A stretch of 64,000 nucleotides of DNA from Oikopleura dioica (taxonomy: Eukaryota > Animalia > Chordata). The position numbers and the translations under genes were made by a program. Positions 35,784 to 47,849 of the stretch are shown here, one piece after another. The stretch spans positions 11,222,001 through 11,286,000 of the forward strand of contig OU015569.1 of NCBI GenBank assembly GCA_907165135.1, given 5' to 3'. How positions within the stretch are numbered: position 1 is the first letter of the stretch; each line of letters starts with the position of its first letter. Below the pieces are notes generated by a model. That model was not told the DNA's origin. It worked only from the letters and a program-made list of their open reading frames with translations, and searched no databases.

Positions 35784-38700
35784 TTAGATGAAGAAAAGCG
35801 AGTCTTGGAACACCTGCTTGACGGTAGTTCGCTTGTCGTGGGAGTCGAAGTATTGTCGGACTTTTGGGAGCTCCTTTTCGAGATTCTTGGAGCCCTTCCA
35901 GTGTACACGAGCTCGTTCAGCTACGATGGAAGCGAGTCTGACTGGGGCGCATTCCGAAGTTCTGAAATAATGTTTACTTCTTTGACTTGTTTAATCTATC
36001 TTACGCTCGGTTGGCGCGCATGGTTGCTAGAGACAGCGCGTATGTCATTTCTGACATATTTTGGAGCTCGATGTTGTTGTCGTCATGGAGGACCTGATAG
36101 AAAGTCGGATTCACTGTTCCGCAAGCCGCCTGTGACGCAAGGTGGAAGGAGTAGGTGTCTAAAGAAAGAATTGATAATAGGAAGGCGGCATGTTGACTTA
36201 CCTGGAAGGCCGTTTCCGTAGCCGGCGACGACGGTTCCAGCGGGGATGTTCTCACCCATTCCGTCCTTGTCCTCGTCATTAACGCAGAAAAATTTCTGCT
36301 TGGAGCCTCGGACGGAGCAGATGAAGGTGATGCCTGGCTGGTAAGACTCGTCGATCTCTGCGAGGGCCTTTCGGATGCCTTCCATGAGCTCGTTTTGAGA
36401 ATCGATTGGATGGCTCCCTCGCTGGCACCTCCTCGGTAGATTATGATCCGCTCTGGCTTGGCACCGTTGTTCTTTGTGATGAACTGGCCGATGAGGTGCC
36501 TGAGAGCGGCCTTGAGGGTGTCTTTGTGGATGATGCAGAGGCGGGGGTCTTGATGGTAAACAAAGTTGACAAAGCCAGTTCCACCTTGAGCCGTGGATGC
36601 AACAAAACCCACGAGAGATGGGTCAGTCGACTCTGGCTCCGCATGCGAGATGCTCATTCCCATGATCATAAGAGGAGTTGGCGAGGGTGGTAGAGGAACG
36701 TCGATTCGCCAGTTTTCGCCGCCGAGTTTGGCGTTGAGCTAAGATTGTTTTTAGATATTTTTCAATGTAAGGGATGTTACCTTGTACCAAAGATTTTTGA
36801 GCATCGCTTCCTCTGGCCGAATGACATTTTTGGATCTGACCATCTGGGTGAGGATGCCATTGTTGAGTTCGGCGATGGACTTGACCACTTCGTAGTCGGG
36901 GCCAGAGTCAGGGACGCAGACAAGCACAAATGCAAGTTTGTCTAGATATTTTCCTTCCTTAGCGTGATCCGTAATGATTCGATCGAATTCGAAGCCCGAG
37001 TCAATTTTTTCGTCTAGCATCGGCTCGGACTTGATTTCAACGCCGAGTTTTCTGCCAACATTGACAAACATTTTGCCGAAGGTATCCCAGGTCTGTCGAT
37101 CTCGAATTTGGCTGCCGATACAGATTCGTCCCCACATCGGCACCTCGGCGGCCTTGTTGAAGGCGTTGATATTCCAAGTTCCGTTTCCTTCGCCTTTTGA
37201 CTTTTCAACGTCAACTTGATGGCCCGCGTTAGCAGTGATTGCTGGCATGTCGAGGACTCGACCTTCAGCGCTCATCGCTTCTTTGTTGATTCGCATACCG
37301 AAGCCTTCAAGCATTTGATCATCGAAGAGTTCTTTCGTCTCGACGATCTCTTGAATCCTTGCCTGTCGGATCGGCGCAGCCTCTGCCGAAGCTCGGATGA
37401 GGTGGGCCTTGTCATCTGCAGAGATAACTTTTGGTCTTTGCCCCGCGAGGAGGCGGCACATGTCAGCAGGAAACATCTTATTTCCGGCGCCTCGACCACG
37501 GCCTCGTCCACCGCCACGACCACGTCCACCACCACCGGCTTTCGCAGTTGTAACGACAACTGGGAAGTTGCCATTTGGACTGTAGTCGTGGTACTCGTCT
37601 CCAAGGCGGGTTTCTCGGCAAATTGGGCCGAATTTCTCGAACTTGTAATACCTCCCGTCTTCTCCTGAAAAAGAATTTATGTATCTTTTAAAAATAAGTT
37701 TTTCCATCTTACCTCTCACCTCCATGTTGAGGTGCTTAATGCTGTCCGCGAGTTCATGGAGATTGTCCGGATCGTACGAATCCCGAAGGATGTCAGCAAT
37801 ACACTTGTGCTCCATGAACATGCCATAGGCCACTAGAGATGGTTCGATTAGGTTTTGGTACTAAAATACTCACAATCAACACTGAGGGTGACTTTCGTGC
37901 CGATGCCTTTCCAGTTGGAGATCTTGGCACTCTGGTGAATTCCGTGCCAGACTTCACGGCCGCGAGGGATGATTCGGCGATCTGCATCTTTGTTCGCAAT
38001 TGGGCAAAAAGCAGCCCGACCCTTTGAGATGGCACTGAGATAATTGTTAGTAAAGACAAAGATCTATTTTCATAGACTTACGCTGCTCGCAGAGCGGGGT
38101 TCGTTCGAAGTATGATCTCGATCGCCTGGATTACTTCGGGGGGATGTTGTCCTCCACTCTCCATGAAGTCGAAAAGGGCTTTCATCTCGACTCGGTGCCT
38201 GTTCCGTTCGAGAGTTCCTTCCGCAGTTTCCTCCTTGTGGCCAGTTGAGTAAGTGACGCGGAACTCGACATCTCGATTCTCGTAGACACTTCCATCGCGA
38301 TTCCCTAATTCCCCGAAGTTTCGAAGCTCTCGTGGAGAAATTAACATCTTGTCTCCGTCGAAAGCAAACTTGACCCCGAAAATTTGAGAGAGGACGCCGA
38401 CAATTTTCCGCTTGTTCTCTTTCTTCACGTCTGGAGCAGGCCCTTTGCTTGGGCCTTTCTTAGCGGAGGCAGCAACCTTAAAGTTACGGAGCTGTAAAAC
38501 AAAGTTGAAATAAACTCACTTTCGCTTTGAATTCGTAGATGTAGAAGACAGCGTCGTTGCTCTTGAAGTCGAGAGCGTAGTTGTTGGTCTTCATCTGGAT
38601 CACTCGTCCGCGGTTGAGCTCTCCTCTCATCTTCGCCACTGGGACATCTTGGGTCTTTCTTGCGACTTCTCTGGCTAAATTCAAAGAATAATTTTGATAG

Positions 38701-39242
38701 AAACTCTTCACTCAACCTCTATCATGTTGTTTCCGGTCCTCATCAGTTTTGGAAAACTTGGCAATATCGGCCCTCAAGTTGAGGGCGTCGAACTGTCGAG
38801 CAAGATCAGCTCTGGCACGCTCGATCTGGTCACCGCCATGGTAGGCTTCGCGCTTGATGTTCTGGAGGCGCTCTTCTCGCTCTTTAGCCTGAATTTTTGT
38901 TAATTGTCGCGCTCGAGCCCATGGGGCCATAAGGTGGTGATAAAGTCCTACCTTGTCTTGGCGCTTTCCGCGACCTGCGTTTCCGCCACGGCCACCACGT
39001 CCGCCTCGACCACCACCGCTGCGGCGGTTGTCACCATGATCTGAAAACAAAATTTGAAATCTAAGATTTGAAACCTTATTTGAAAATCAAAGATAGGAAC
39101 TCGTAAAATAACCTCGTCGATTGTAGTCGCGACTACCACCGCGATTATCACGGTCGTGGTCGTATCCACCTCGGTCCCGGTCGCGATCTCGTCGATCATA
39201 AGATCGATCTCGATCCCGGTCATCGTGTCGGTCGTATCCCAT
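35784..39242 (-). CDS. Divergent Argonaute (AGO-like), predicted non-catalytic; one apparent frameshift near 36393-36396
   Basis: DR/RGG-rich N-terminus, GRVIQMKTNNY (N domain), GREVWHGIHQS (L1), FPADMCRLLAGQR (PAZ end), MID DYEVVK..TQMV..KNLWYKLNAKLGG, PIWI YRGGASEG, YQPGITFI and GTVNPTFYQVLHDD, and C-terminus SLFFI*. Confidence 0.92.
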
Positions 39243-39666
39243 TTCTCTTCTTCTTTCTCTTTTAATTTGCAAAAAAGTGAAAAAATTGGTTCATAAAATG
39301 AATGAGGAAAATCGAGCTGGACGGCGCTTTAAATACTCCGATCCGAAAAGTCGCGATCATAAATGATAAAAGGATACACAGAACCCGGATATTGGGGCTC
39401 CGGATGGAACCTGATCGTCTTTCTCTGAGGATCGCGACTTTGGATCTGGGAAACCTTACGTTTCATGTCGTTACGTAGTCATACTCATCCTTCATTCCGA
39501 AGATGACGACAGTCCAACTCCCTCATCTTTTTTGCGCGTTTGCGTGGAATATTTGCTCTTGAATTTTCTTTGAATTCATGGCAAAGTGTGAAGTTCTTTT
39601 TAGGTCAAGTTATGAAGTAAGTTTTGGTTTTCAATGTAGAAATAAACGTTTGCCGCGAAAGACAAC

Positions 39667-39839
39667 CTCGACGCTACTAAGAAAGACTTCCACCGAACCG
39701 CCGACTGCTGGGTTGTTGACGACGATCTTGCTCAATTCAATGACTTGATCAACGAGTAAATGCTGCTGTTTTTTTCTGTTCTCTTATTTTCTGACGCTAT
39801 GTTTTCTAAAATATACCAAAACGTGCTTTAATTTTGTGT
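39667..39839 (+). repeat. Direct-repeat copy of the 3' end and UTR of the ITIH-like gene (32579-32750)
   Basis: CTCGACGCTACTAAGAAAGACTTCCACCGAACC...TTTAATTTTGTGT is nearly identical at both sites. Confidence 0.92.
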
Positions 39840-40390
39840 TATGTATGAAATTTATTAAATAGAACGTTCCATTTTGAAAAGCTGGTTGTAGTTTTTCTAG
39901 AACGTTGATAGATATTAATTTGTTTTGCCAGAAAAAATCAGTTTCGATTGGCGCTAACGAAAGGAGGTAAAATTCGTGAATTTTTATTAATACAATACTT
40001 TGATAAATTTATTTGTCTTTTCATAGAAATGAAGCTTATCAAGAAGTTATGGGTTTGTGGAGCCCCTGGAAACTCCGATTCAGCGCCAATCTCGCCCAGA
40101 ATTCCCGACACAAGGTAGGAAATATGCAATCATGGAAGATTTAATGGTTCGCATTCTAAAGAAATCATAAGTGATTTATGAGATCTGTGCTTTGAGAAAT
40201 GGCTCATTTACATCTGTCTTGTAAATTTTACAGTGTAAAAACTTGTGAATAATTTTTTACTTCCCAAGTCCTAGGCTTATTCACAAAAATCGCATTTGTA
40301 TCAGTTTTTTTAGTTCCATTTGCTGATAAAAGTAAAATATATTTTCATTTTAGTGCACGGACTACGAAGAAGCGCCGTAAATTCCCTTTC

Positions 40391-40736
40391 ATGCCTGCGC
40401 GCACACCACGAAAGAAGACGACGGACGAAGAACAACGCATCTCACCGCGATCATTCTCAAGCGAGTTAAGCGGAATTTCCCTTGCAGATCTTCTGAGACG
40501 AACAAACGAAGCCAAAGAAACCCATCAATTTATGAACTCAATTCTCGACGAACTTTTGGTCATCGTAGTCTCAAAAGGTAATTTCAGATACTAAGTATAG
40601 AATGATAAAATCTACTTTAGAACAATCTTTGGAACAAGCTCCTGATCCACCATCGACTTTTTCCCAAATGTTGGAGAAAATCATTAGCTGGCCACCTCTT
40701 GGACTTCGCAAGACCAGCATCGAAGAGGAAGAATAA
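40391..40736 (+). CDS. Small hypothetical protein (two exons seen; 5' end may extend upstream)
   Basis: The ORF MPARTPRKK...VVSK joins through a 43-nt GT-AG intron (40578-40620) to EQSLEQ...SIEEEE*. Confidence 0.5.
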
Positions 40737-42404
40737 TTTATTTTTGTAAGTTTAGTTTAGTTTGTATTCTTTAATATTTATTTTAATAAAAAATCCTATC
40801 ATAATCGATTTATTCGCAGTTACCTATCTTCGAATAAGTAACTACGAATATTGTTGTTTATGAGTCTTCTCACAAGAGCTTCATGCTAGCTTCTGAAAGG
40901 GTTGAAATGTTGTTGAAATTGGCTCGCGGGGAGCATCGCGCATCCATTGACCCAGATGGTAGACCACAAACCATCACTCGTGAGGCTATTTCGGGCTAAC
41001 TCAATTTCTAACCCGCGGACCCAAAATGGAAACTGAAGTTCCAAAACTTCCGCTTCCTTTTTTTGTTTCGTTCTTTTCGACTTGCTTAATTGAAAAAGTT
41101 TGAGTTAGTAATTTGTCGATCTTGTCAAAATTGTAAATGCGATGTTATGGAACGTGGTGGTGACCACCATCTTATGAAACATGCCGTGTAATGAGTTTAG
41201 TCTGAGTAAACGCGTTTGGACAAGCTCCGATCGGATTTGGTGAACTTGCTTAGACGCCGCCAAATATTTTTACACCGCGAAAAAGAAGACGAAGAATCCA
41301 TCTTAAAAATCGCCCGTTATCTTTTTCAAGCTAGAATTATTGATTAATTAACATTTGACAGTAGAAATGTCTGAAGGAACAGATCTACTCTTTCAAATAA
41401 GAAAAAAAAACGCTGCTGTTATTATTACAGTAGTAAAGAGAACAACTCAACTTTCTTATTTCTTCTCTCTTATTTTTCGACTCATCGACGATTATCCAAT
41501 TTGCCCAAAATTAACTCCAGGAAGCAGGGGAAAACGACTGTAGTTAATTAGCCCGAGACATTAGGATCGAGGTACAGTGGTCCCTGTATGTGGACCGGCT
41601 GTGGGGTACCGGTTGTTAAAATTAATAATTTTTTCGGCGCCTCCGCCCAAGGCGCTTTCAATTCTCAATCCCTCGCCAAACACTCCGAATCAGAAAAAAT
41701 AAAACCAGAGGAAAGATGAGCCACAAGTGGCACTAAAGAGAACCGCCAGAAGATCATCCACGAATCCACATACAGTGACGATGCCCCAGTAAGCCCCAAG
41801 GTAGTGCCCATACGCCCTAACCCAGGCTCGACTTGGCCGCCCTGATAAGCCGCCAATGTCCGCTGATAACACTCTATTTCCCAAACACCGATAGGAGCGC
41901 AGCAGCAGAAAAAATCGAGTAGCACTAGAATCACTTTTGCGAAACCGGTCAAAAATGGAGGAAAACAAGACCGCCGGCGCGGTCTTTCGATTACTAAAAT
42001 TACTAGAATTTTTTCAATATAAATATTTAGATTTTCCGCCGACTAAAAAAGGAACCCCTGTAATTATACTGTAATTAAATCCGTCAAAAGTTCTGTATTT
42101 TGAAATGCAATTTTGGTCTCTTTTTTGGAATTTTTCACGAGAAAATTTGGAAAAAAATATTTTTCAAAGTCATTTTTTTTATTTTTCATTTTTAAATCTT
42201 TATTCATGAAAAAAATAAGGTATGAAGCTGAAGCAGCGGCTGATTCTATTTCCATGTCTCGTCGTGGTCCTTTGGATAACTCGTCCTCTTTGGCTAGAAC
42301 GTGAAGGAAAGAGTTCGCGAGAGTTTTTCACTAGAATTTTAACATTTTAATTAATCAACAAAAAAAAAAGAAAAAGAGAAAGATTCGTGAACTTTTTCAA
42401 ATAG

Positions 42405-45400
42405 ATGAGCAGCCGTGGCGAATTCGCGAAAAACACGTCGGAAAACTGCTTCACAGGAAAAGCGCTAGAATTACGCTGTTTAGCTGTTTTACATAATTTC
42501 TTCCCACGTTGTCTGTTTTGGGTTTTTATGTTTTGTTTATTATTGAACGCGTGTGTTTCCGGGCCCTTGGTTCTTTTCTAAAGCCCCCTTTTTTCGTTCA
42601 AGGAATTCTAGCAAAATTTTTTTAAAAGGAAATGGTCATTTAAATGGCCAAACAAACCGAATGAGTTAATCATTCTTTCGCGAAAGAAAAAGCGATTTTT
42701 GAAAGAAAGAAAAAAGCGCTGCTTTGTAAAAAACAAGAGTAAAAACTAGAATGCGAAGCAGCTAGGATCTTTGTTCCGGCAAAGATCAATGATCCCCCGC
42801 CGAGCGCGGCTTATCACTGCTGATAAGGAGCCAAGAGTATGTTTAACATAAGTTTTAAAATGCGATCTTTTGATTGAAAAGAAATAAAAAGCTCTTCTTC
42901 CTTGATATCGACGAAAAACAGTCATCTTTAATCTCCAAAAATTAGCTATATTAATATTCTTTTTCGACCACCTCTCAGATCCGTGTTAGTATAGTGGTGA
43001 GTATTCCCGCCTGTCACGCGGGCGACCGGGGTTCGATTCCCCGACACGGAGATTTTTTTTCCCAGATTTCTTCTTTTGCGAAGATTATTTCTTTCTAGAT
43101 TTGATGATTTCAAAAACCATAACTGTCTTTAAAAACAAGTCTGTATAAATTTTCCTAAAAACATCACTTCGGAATTAACAAGTAACGCTCATACATATTT
43201 TGAACATTAGCAAGATGAATTCAAGATGAAAGTATTTACTTTTTAAAAAATATAACTCAAGTTCTAAATCCGTCCACGTCCTTCCGCCACAAAACAGGCC
43301 AGAAATTCTAGCGCATCGAAGAAACGATCCCTCCCAATCAAGCTATCACGGGCCATTCCATCCAGACCCCAACTATCGGCCAGAGCGCTACCGCCGCGGT
43401 GGGAATGCCCCTTCCCGCGACTACCAGCTCTTCAACGCCGGTGGCGGCCTGCCCCAGGGCGTGAACCGGTATCCACCAGCAGTAGCTTACAACCGAAAAC
43501 CGAACGAACCTCCGCTTGCTCCTGAACAGCCGCAGAAGCTTCTCCAAAATCTGCCGAACTCTTCAATTTCGCAAGTAGCAAATTTTCCAATTTCCCAAAC
43601 GACGAAATCGTCCTCGACTTCCGCGAGTTCCGCAACTTCCTCGAGCACGACGACTTCAACGACGACGACAACTGCAGAGCCGTCAAAGCCATCATCGAAA
43701 AGGGCATTGCCACGTGTCTCGACCACAAAAGCGCCTCCAGAGCCGCCGAAAAAAGCGCCACCTGGCGGCGGATCCAAACGCGATCAGTCGGTAAGTTCAA
43801 TCTCTTTCTCCTGTCTCGTGTCACTTCTACTCACATGCAAGAAGCGCTGACATGATCCATGCTGGCATGTTTTGATTAGTCCGAAGAAGTCCTTTTTTCT
43901 TCAAAAGGTGCAGCTGCAGGAGCTCAAGCTAATCGCTGCATATCTGCCGGGACACGAGCAACTAAACAACCGCAAACCGCTCCGCTGCTGTATTATGCGG
44001 TCGAATGCATCATTTTTGAGCGATTTTTTAAGAACACTGATTTAACCTAAACTATTTTAACTCCTTCAATTCAGAAAGGTGGAAAAGCGCTGCCAGGAAA
44101 ACTCCCCGGCGGTGGATCCCTCCCGCTGCCGACAATGAAGCCTTCAATTCGAAAGAAATTCATCGAGGATGAAATCGATCGAATTGGAATCAAGATCGAG
44201 GAAAAGGCTAATACCAATCACTGGGAAATCGCCAGGGACTGGCTTCGAGTGCGATCGGTTTATCCGCAGAATCACCAGGGACTTGGATCGCTCATGTTTG
44301 CCATGACTAATACCAAGGTAAAATTTGAGGTTTTACTCAAATTTACCTTTGATAACACTCAATTCAGATCATGAAAGCTGACATTCTGACGAAAGGAACC
44401 CAACTGAAGATGATGTTCTATCTTCAAGGCAACCAGCGCGCCATCTTCAAGCCAAAGCGCTACGAGCGTGAACACGTGATCAAGGGCAACGCATACGACG
44501 GCTACGACAGACACAACGGCGAGATCGCTTCATTCCACTTGGATCGCATTTTGAATTTTCGCCGAGCGCCGATTGTCGTTGGCCGCAAAATCAACCTGGA
44601 AACTGAGATCTTGCCGGTTGCGACGCAGCGGCTCAAGGATACCTTCAAGAAGAAAAACGGCAATACCTGCTTCTACGGACAGTGCTACTACTGCAAGGAG
44701 ACGGAGCTTGCCTGCGGTCATGTAAGATCATCTTTAAACGCTACTACGCGGCTTACTTTCTAGTGACCTGGGCGGGAAAATCTGTATTAAGGGTCAGGAC
44801 CATGACTCAGGGTTAATTTTGTTGAACTATCTATTCTTCTTTGATCATTCCTATCGCTATCTTATAGCTATAGCTAACACTTTATCACCTTAAAGCCTAC
44901 TAAAGCAAATAAGAATGACACTGGTCTGATTTTTTATTATGGTCTCTGAATTTGTCTCATTTTCGCCCACACTTCTACAGTACAAAGAGAAGACATAAAT
45001 TTTCTTCTCTGTTGATTATCTTTCCGTCTTTCAAATTTCTTTCAGGGTGAAATAATGGAAGGAAGCCTGACACTCTGGATGGCGGATACGTTCACTTTGG
45101 AGAAGGTACGACATCCTTATCAGCGGACATACCGAGACGATAAGAGCGCCAAGTGGGAGACGGATCCAGATTACTGTAGCGTTTACGGTAAGACTCACCT
45201 CTAGTGCGCTCGAGGGAAACTTTCGTATTTCAGTGAAGCCAAATCCGCCGTACGACAAAGGCGTGCGACTTCTAGACATGATGGACATGGCGATTTTTGA
45301 CTTCATCATTGGCAACGCGGATAGGCACCATTACGAAGTCTGGGCCGAGCAGCCTGAGTCGATGATCATTTTGCTCGACAATGCGAAATCCTTTGGCAAT

Positions 45401-45768
45401 CCGCACCACGACGAGCTTAGTATTCTAGCGCCAGTCGCTCAGTGCTGTTTATTGCGAAAGTCGACTTTTGACAGACTTGTGGAACTAAAGGAAAGGGGCT
45501 TGTTATGACCATTTTTCAAAAAAACGGGATTCAACATGAATTTTTGTATTTTCAAGAGCCAAAATCAACCCTCTCTCAGGGCGGATTACTGACGAAGATG
45601 TTGATAGAAGCAACACGCAACGATCCGATCTCCCCTATTCTCCACAAAAAGCACATCGAAGCCATCAATCGCCGCATGCCAATCATCTTCCAGACGTTGA
45701 CCAAGTGCGTCCAGGAGCACGGGCGCGACACTGTCATTGTCGAAAATTGGAAACGCCCGGAATCGTAG
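42405..45768 (+). CDS. FAM20B: Glycosaminoglycan xylosylkinase with a Ser/Thr/Pro-rich stem; 5' membrane-anchor exon (42405-42550) is tentative
   Basis: [49 protein letters not shown] and DPISPIL match FAM20B rather than FAM20C. Confidence 0.9.
42980..43051 (+). tRNA. tRNA-Asp (GTC)
   Basis: TCCGTGTTAGTATAGTGGTGAGTATTCCCGCCTGTCACGCGGGCGACCGGGGTTCGATTCCCCGACACGGAG folds as a cloverleaf with anticodon GTC and A and B boxes, followed by a T-run Pol III terminator. Confidence 0.96.
44745..44815. mobile_element. Fragment of family A foldback in a FAM20B intron
   Basis: GCTACTACGCGGCTT and CATGACTCAGGGTT motifs. Confidence 0.4.
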
Positions 45769-46615
45769 CTTGATTCAATACTATATTAATTATTTATTAT
45801 ATAGACCCTACTTCTAGTTGAAAAAAATAATGAAACACTGCCTGTATCATACCGTATGATTCATACGACACAACCCGCCAAAACAGTACCTATTTAAACA
45901 GTTGCCTTACTGTAAAAGTTCAAAAAACACACTTTTTCAAACTCACTCGGGCCAAATACAGTGCCCAGTCGAAGAAAAAACCAAGGTCACTTGTAAAAAA
46001 ACCACCAGTTACTATCACAATACTGCGAAAATCAAGGAGGAAGCGCTACTGAGGAAACTACAGTAACAGCTGCTTTTTTTTAACCTTTCAAGACACGCGT
46101 TACACGTTCGTCGCGCTCGTTACAGTTGCATTACAGTTACAAGACTACCGAATTCCCTGCAGTATTACCACCTTTTACTATTTAATCGAATCGTATATTT
46201 TCATTTTCAAAAAAGTTCCATGTAAACTTCTTCTGTATAATGCTCATTTTACAAAATATATATATTTGAATGTCTATTATAATCCCGCGTGAATCATTTA
46301 TCAGGCAAAACCCTTAGCTAGAAGGTGAAGAAGAGTGAAGAACATGTTTGTTTTCCATTTTGAAGGTTGGGTTCTTCGAGATTAATTTTGCACAAATACA
46401 CTTTTGATTTGTTGATTCTAGCTCTTCTCAGGGGTTGAGAACTTTAAGGAGCAACTTTTTGTCATTGAAAAAGTTTGGATTATCGTAAAAAAATCAGAGT
46501 TATGATGTAATGAGAGAGATGTTTGTTTTCATTCTTATCAAAAATCAGTGCTCGACGGCTACTGAGAGGCAGATCAAAAATCGGTTTATTTGGTAGAGAA
46601 TTCTAAATCGTCCCT

Positions 46616-47371
46616 ATGAAAGATACGGTTAGCCTAGATGGTATAAACAGATGTATTGACTCAAATGAAAAATGGAAATGTCATGATGATGTTGGAGGCT
46701 GTGGCTCGGAACTCAGTTTTTCCGAATCCGTTGTTGGTTCATGCTGTGAGAAGGCTGCTATTAGGTTGCCACCAACTGGTAAGTAGTTAAATTTATTCAT
46801 TCTAAATTATAGGAATAACCATACGCAAATTTAAAGTTAACATCATTTTAAGAAAAATTCGAATTTGTTCTGATTGTAAATCGGATCTATGAACGAGCAC
46901 GAAAAGATGAAGACATTGCAGAAGAGAAAGTTAAAGATGCAAAGAAAGAAGTCGCGAATGCAAAAAAAGTGCTTAAATTTGCGGAAGATAAAGAAAATGA
47001 GGCATGCAAAGAGCTAGAAAAAAAGAAAATCTGGCGCAAAAAAGTTCAAAAGCGATCCGTGCTCCTCACAAAACACGCTATGAAGGAGGAGAACAGCGAC
47101 CTTGGTAATATTTTATAAAATGTGAGCTATTTAGTAATAATAAACTTCAGAATCGTCGGACGAATTAGTTGAAGTTGACGGGGAAAAAGAAAACAAAAAG
47201 CTGAAATGCAAGGTCTGCTTCGAACTCTTCGACGACGAGCACCGGGAAGCCGTCTTGACAACTTGCGGTCACAAAGCCTGCTTCAAATGTCTCTCTTCTC
47301 TTCCTCAGAAGACATGCCCAACCTGCCGTGCTGATTTCACTGAAGACAAGATTCTCAAGATTTTTGACTGA
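46616..47371 (+). CDS. Coiled-coil + C-terminal RING-HC (C3HC4) protein, copy 1
   Basis: CKVC...TCGHKACFKC...CPTC, preceded by a K/E-rich coiled coil and a Cys-containing N-terminal exon; start codon tentative. Confidence 0.8.
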
Positions 47372-47474
47372 TTTCTTTTTCAATTTATCACACTCTTTTC
47401 GTAGGCTGTTAGAAGCTCAATAAATTTATTTCCTCTACTTCCGTCTTTGTTGATTTCAATTTTCATAAAGTTCA

Positions 47475-47630
47475 ATTAAATAGATTAATTTATTCTTCGT
47501 CGATTATCTGTCAGGAAAGAGGAGCAAGAAAAGCTCCTTTGCAGGGTAAAGTAAATCTGCTTTTGTTTTGGCGTTGAGCGGTGAAACTTGGACAATTCTA
47601 GTTGTGAAATTAGAGGTATTCGGTGTATCT
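47475..47630 (-). pseudogene. Duplicated 3' end and UTR of the claudin gene
   Basis: Matches 48706-48861 and includes the codons for ...RYTEYL*. Confidence 0.85.
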
Positions 47631-47849
47631 GTTGAGAAATGTTATCATAATGAAATTTAGTTTTGATTGCTGTAAGTTACAGCCTGTAACGAGAAATGAA
47701 GGTTATGATGTAATTGATGGCTTTAAAATGTCCAATAACGTGTCTTGTGTTGATTCTTATCAAAAATCATCGCTCGACGGCTGCTGAGTGAATACGAAAT
47801 TGAAACGAAAATCGGGCTAGTTTGCCTCGACAGATTTTTCAACTGGGTT

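Noticed and set aside
36001-36440. Programmed -1 frameshifting in the Argonaute PIWI domain
   Set aside because: No X XXY YYZ slippery heptamer was seen at the site; a homopolymer indel is simpler.
24283-39242. A single polycistronic operon from Argonaute to MARF1
   Set aside because: The plus-strand ITIH-like gene interrupts the minus-strand run, and the intergenic gaps are long for a larvacean operon.
41665-41968. Two overlapping minus-strand ORFs with hydrophobic ends
   Set aside because: No recognisable family, and the coding frame could not be chosen.
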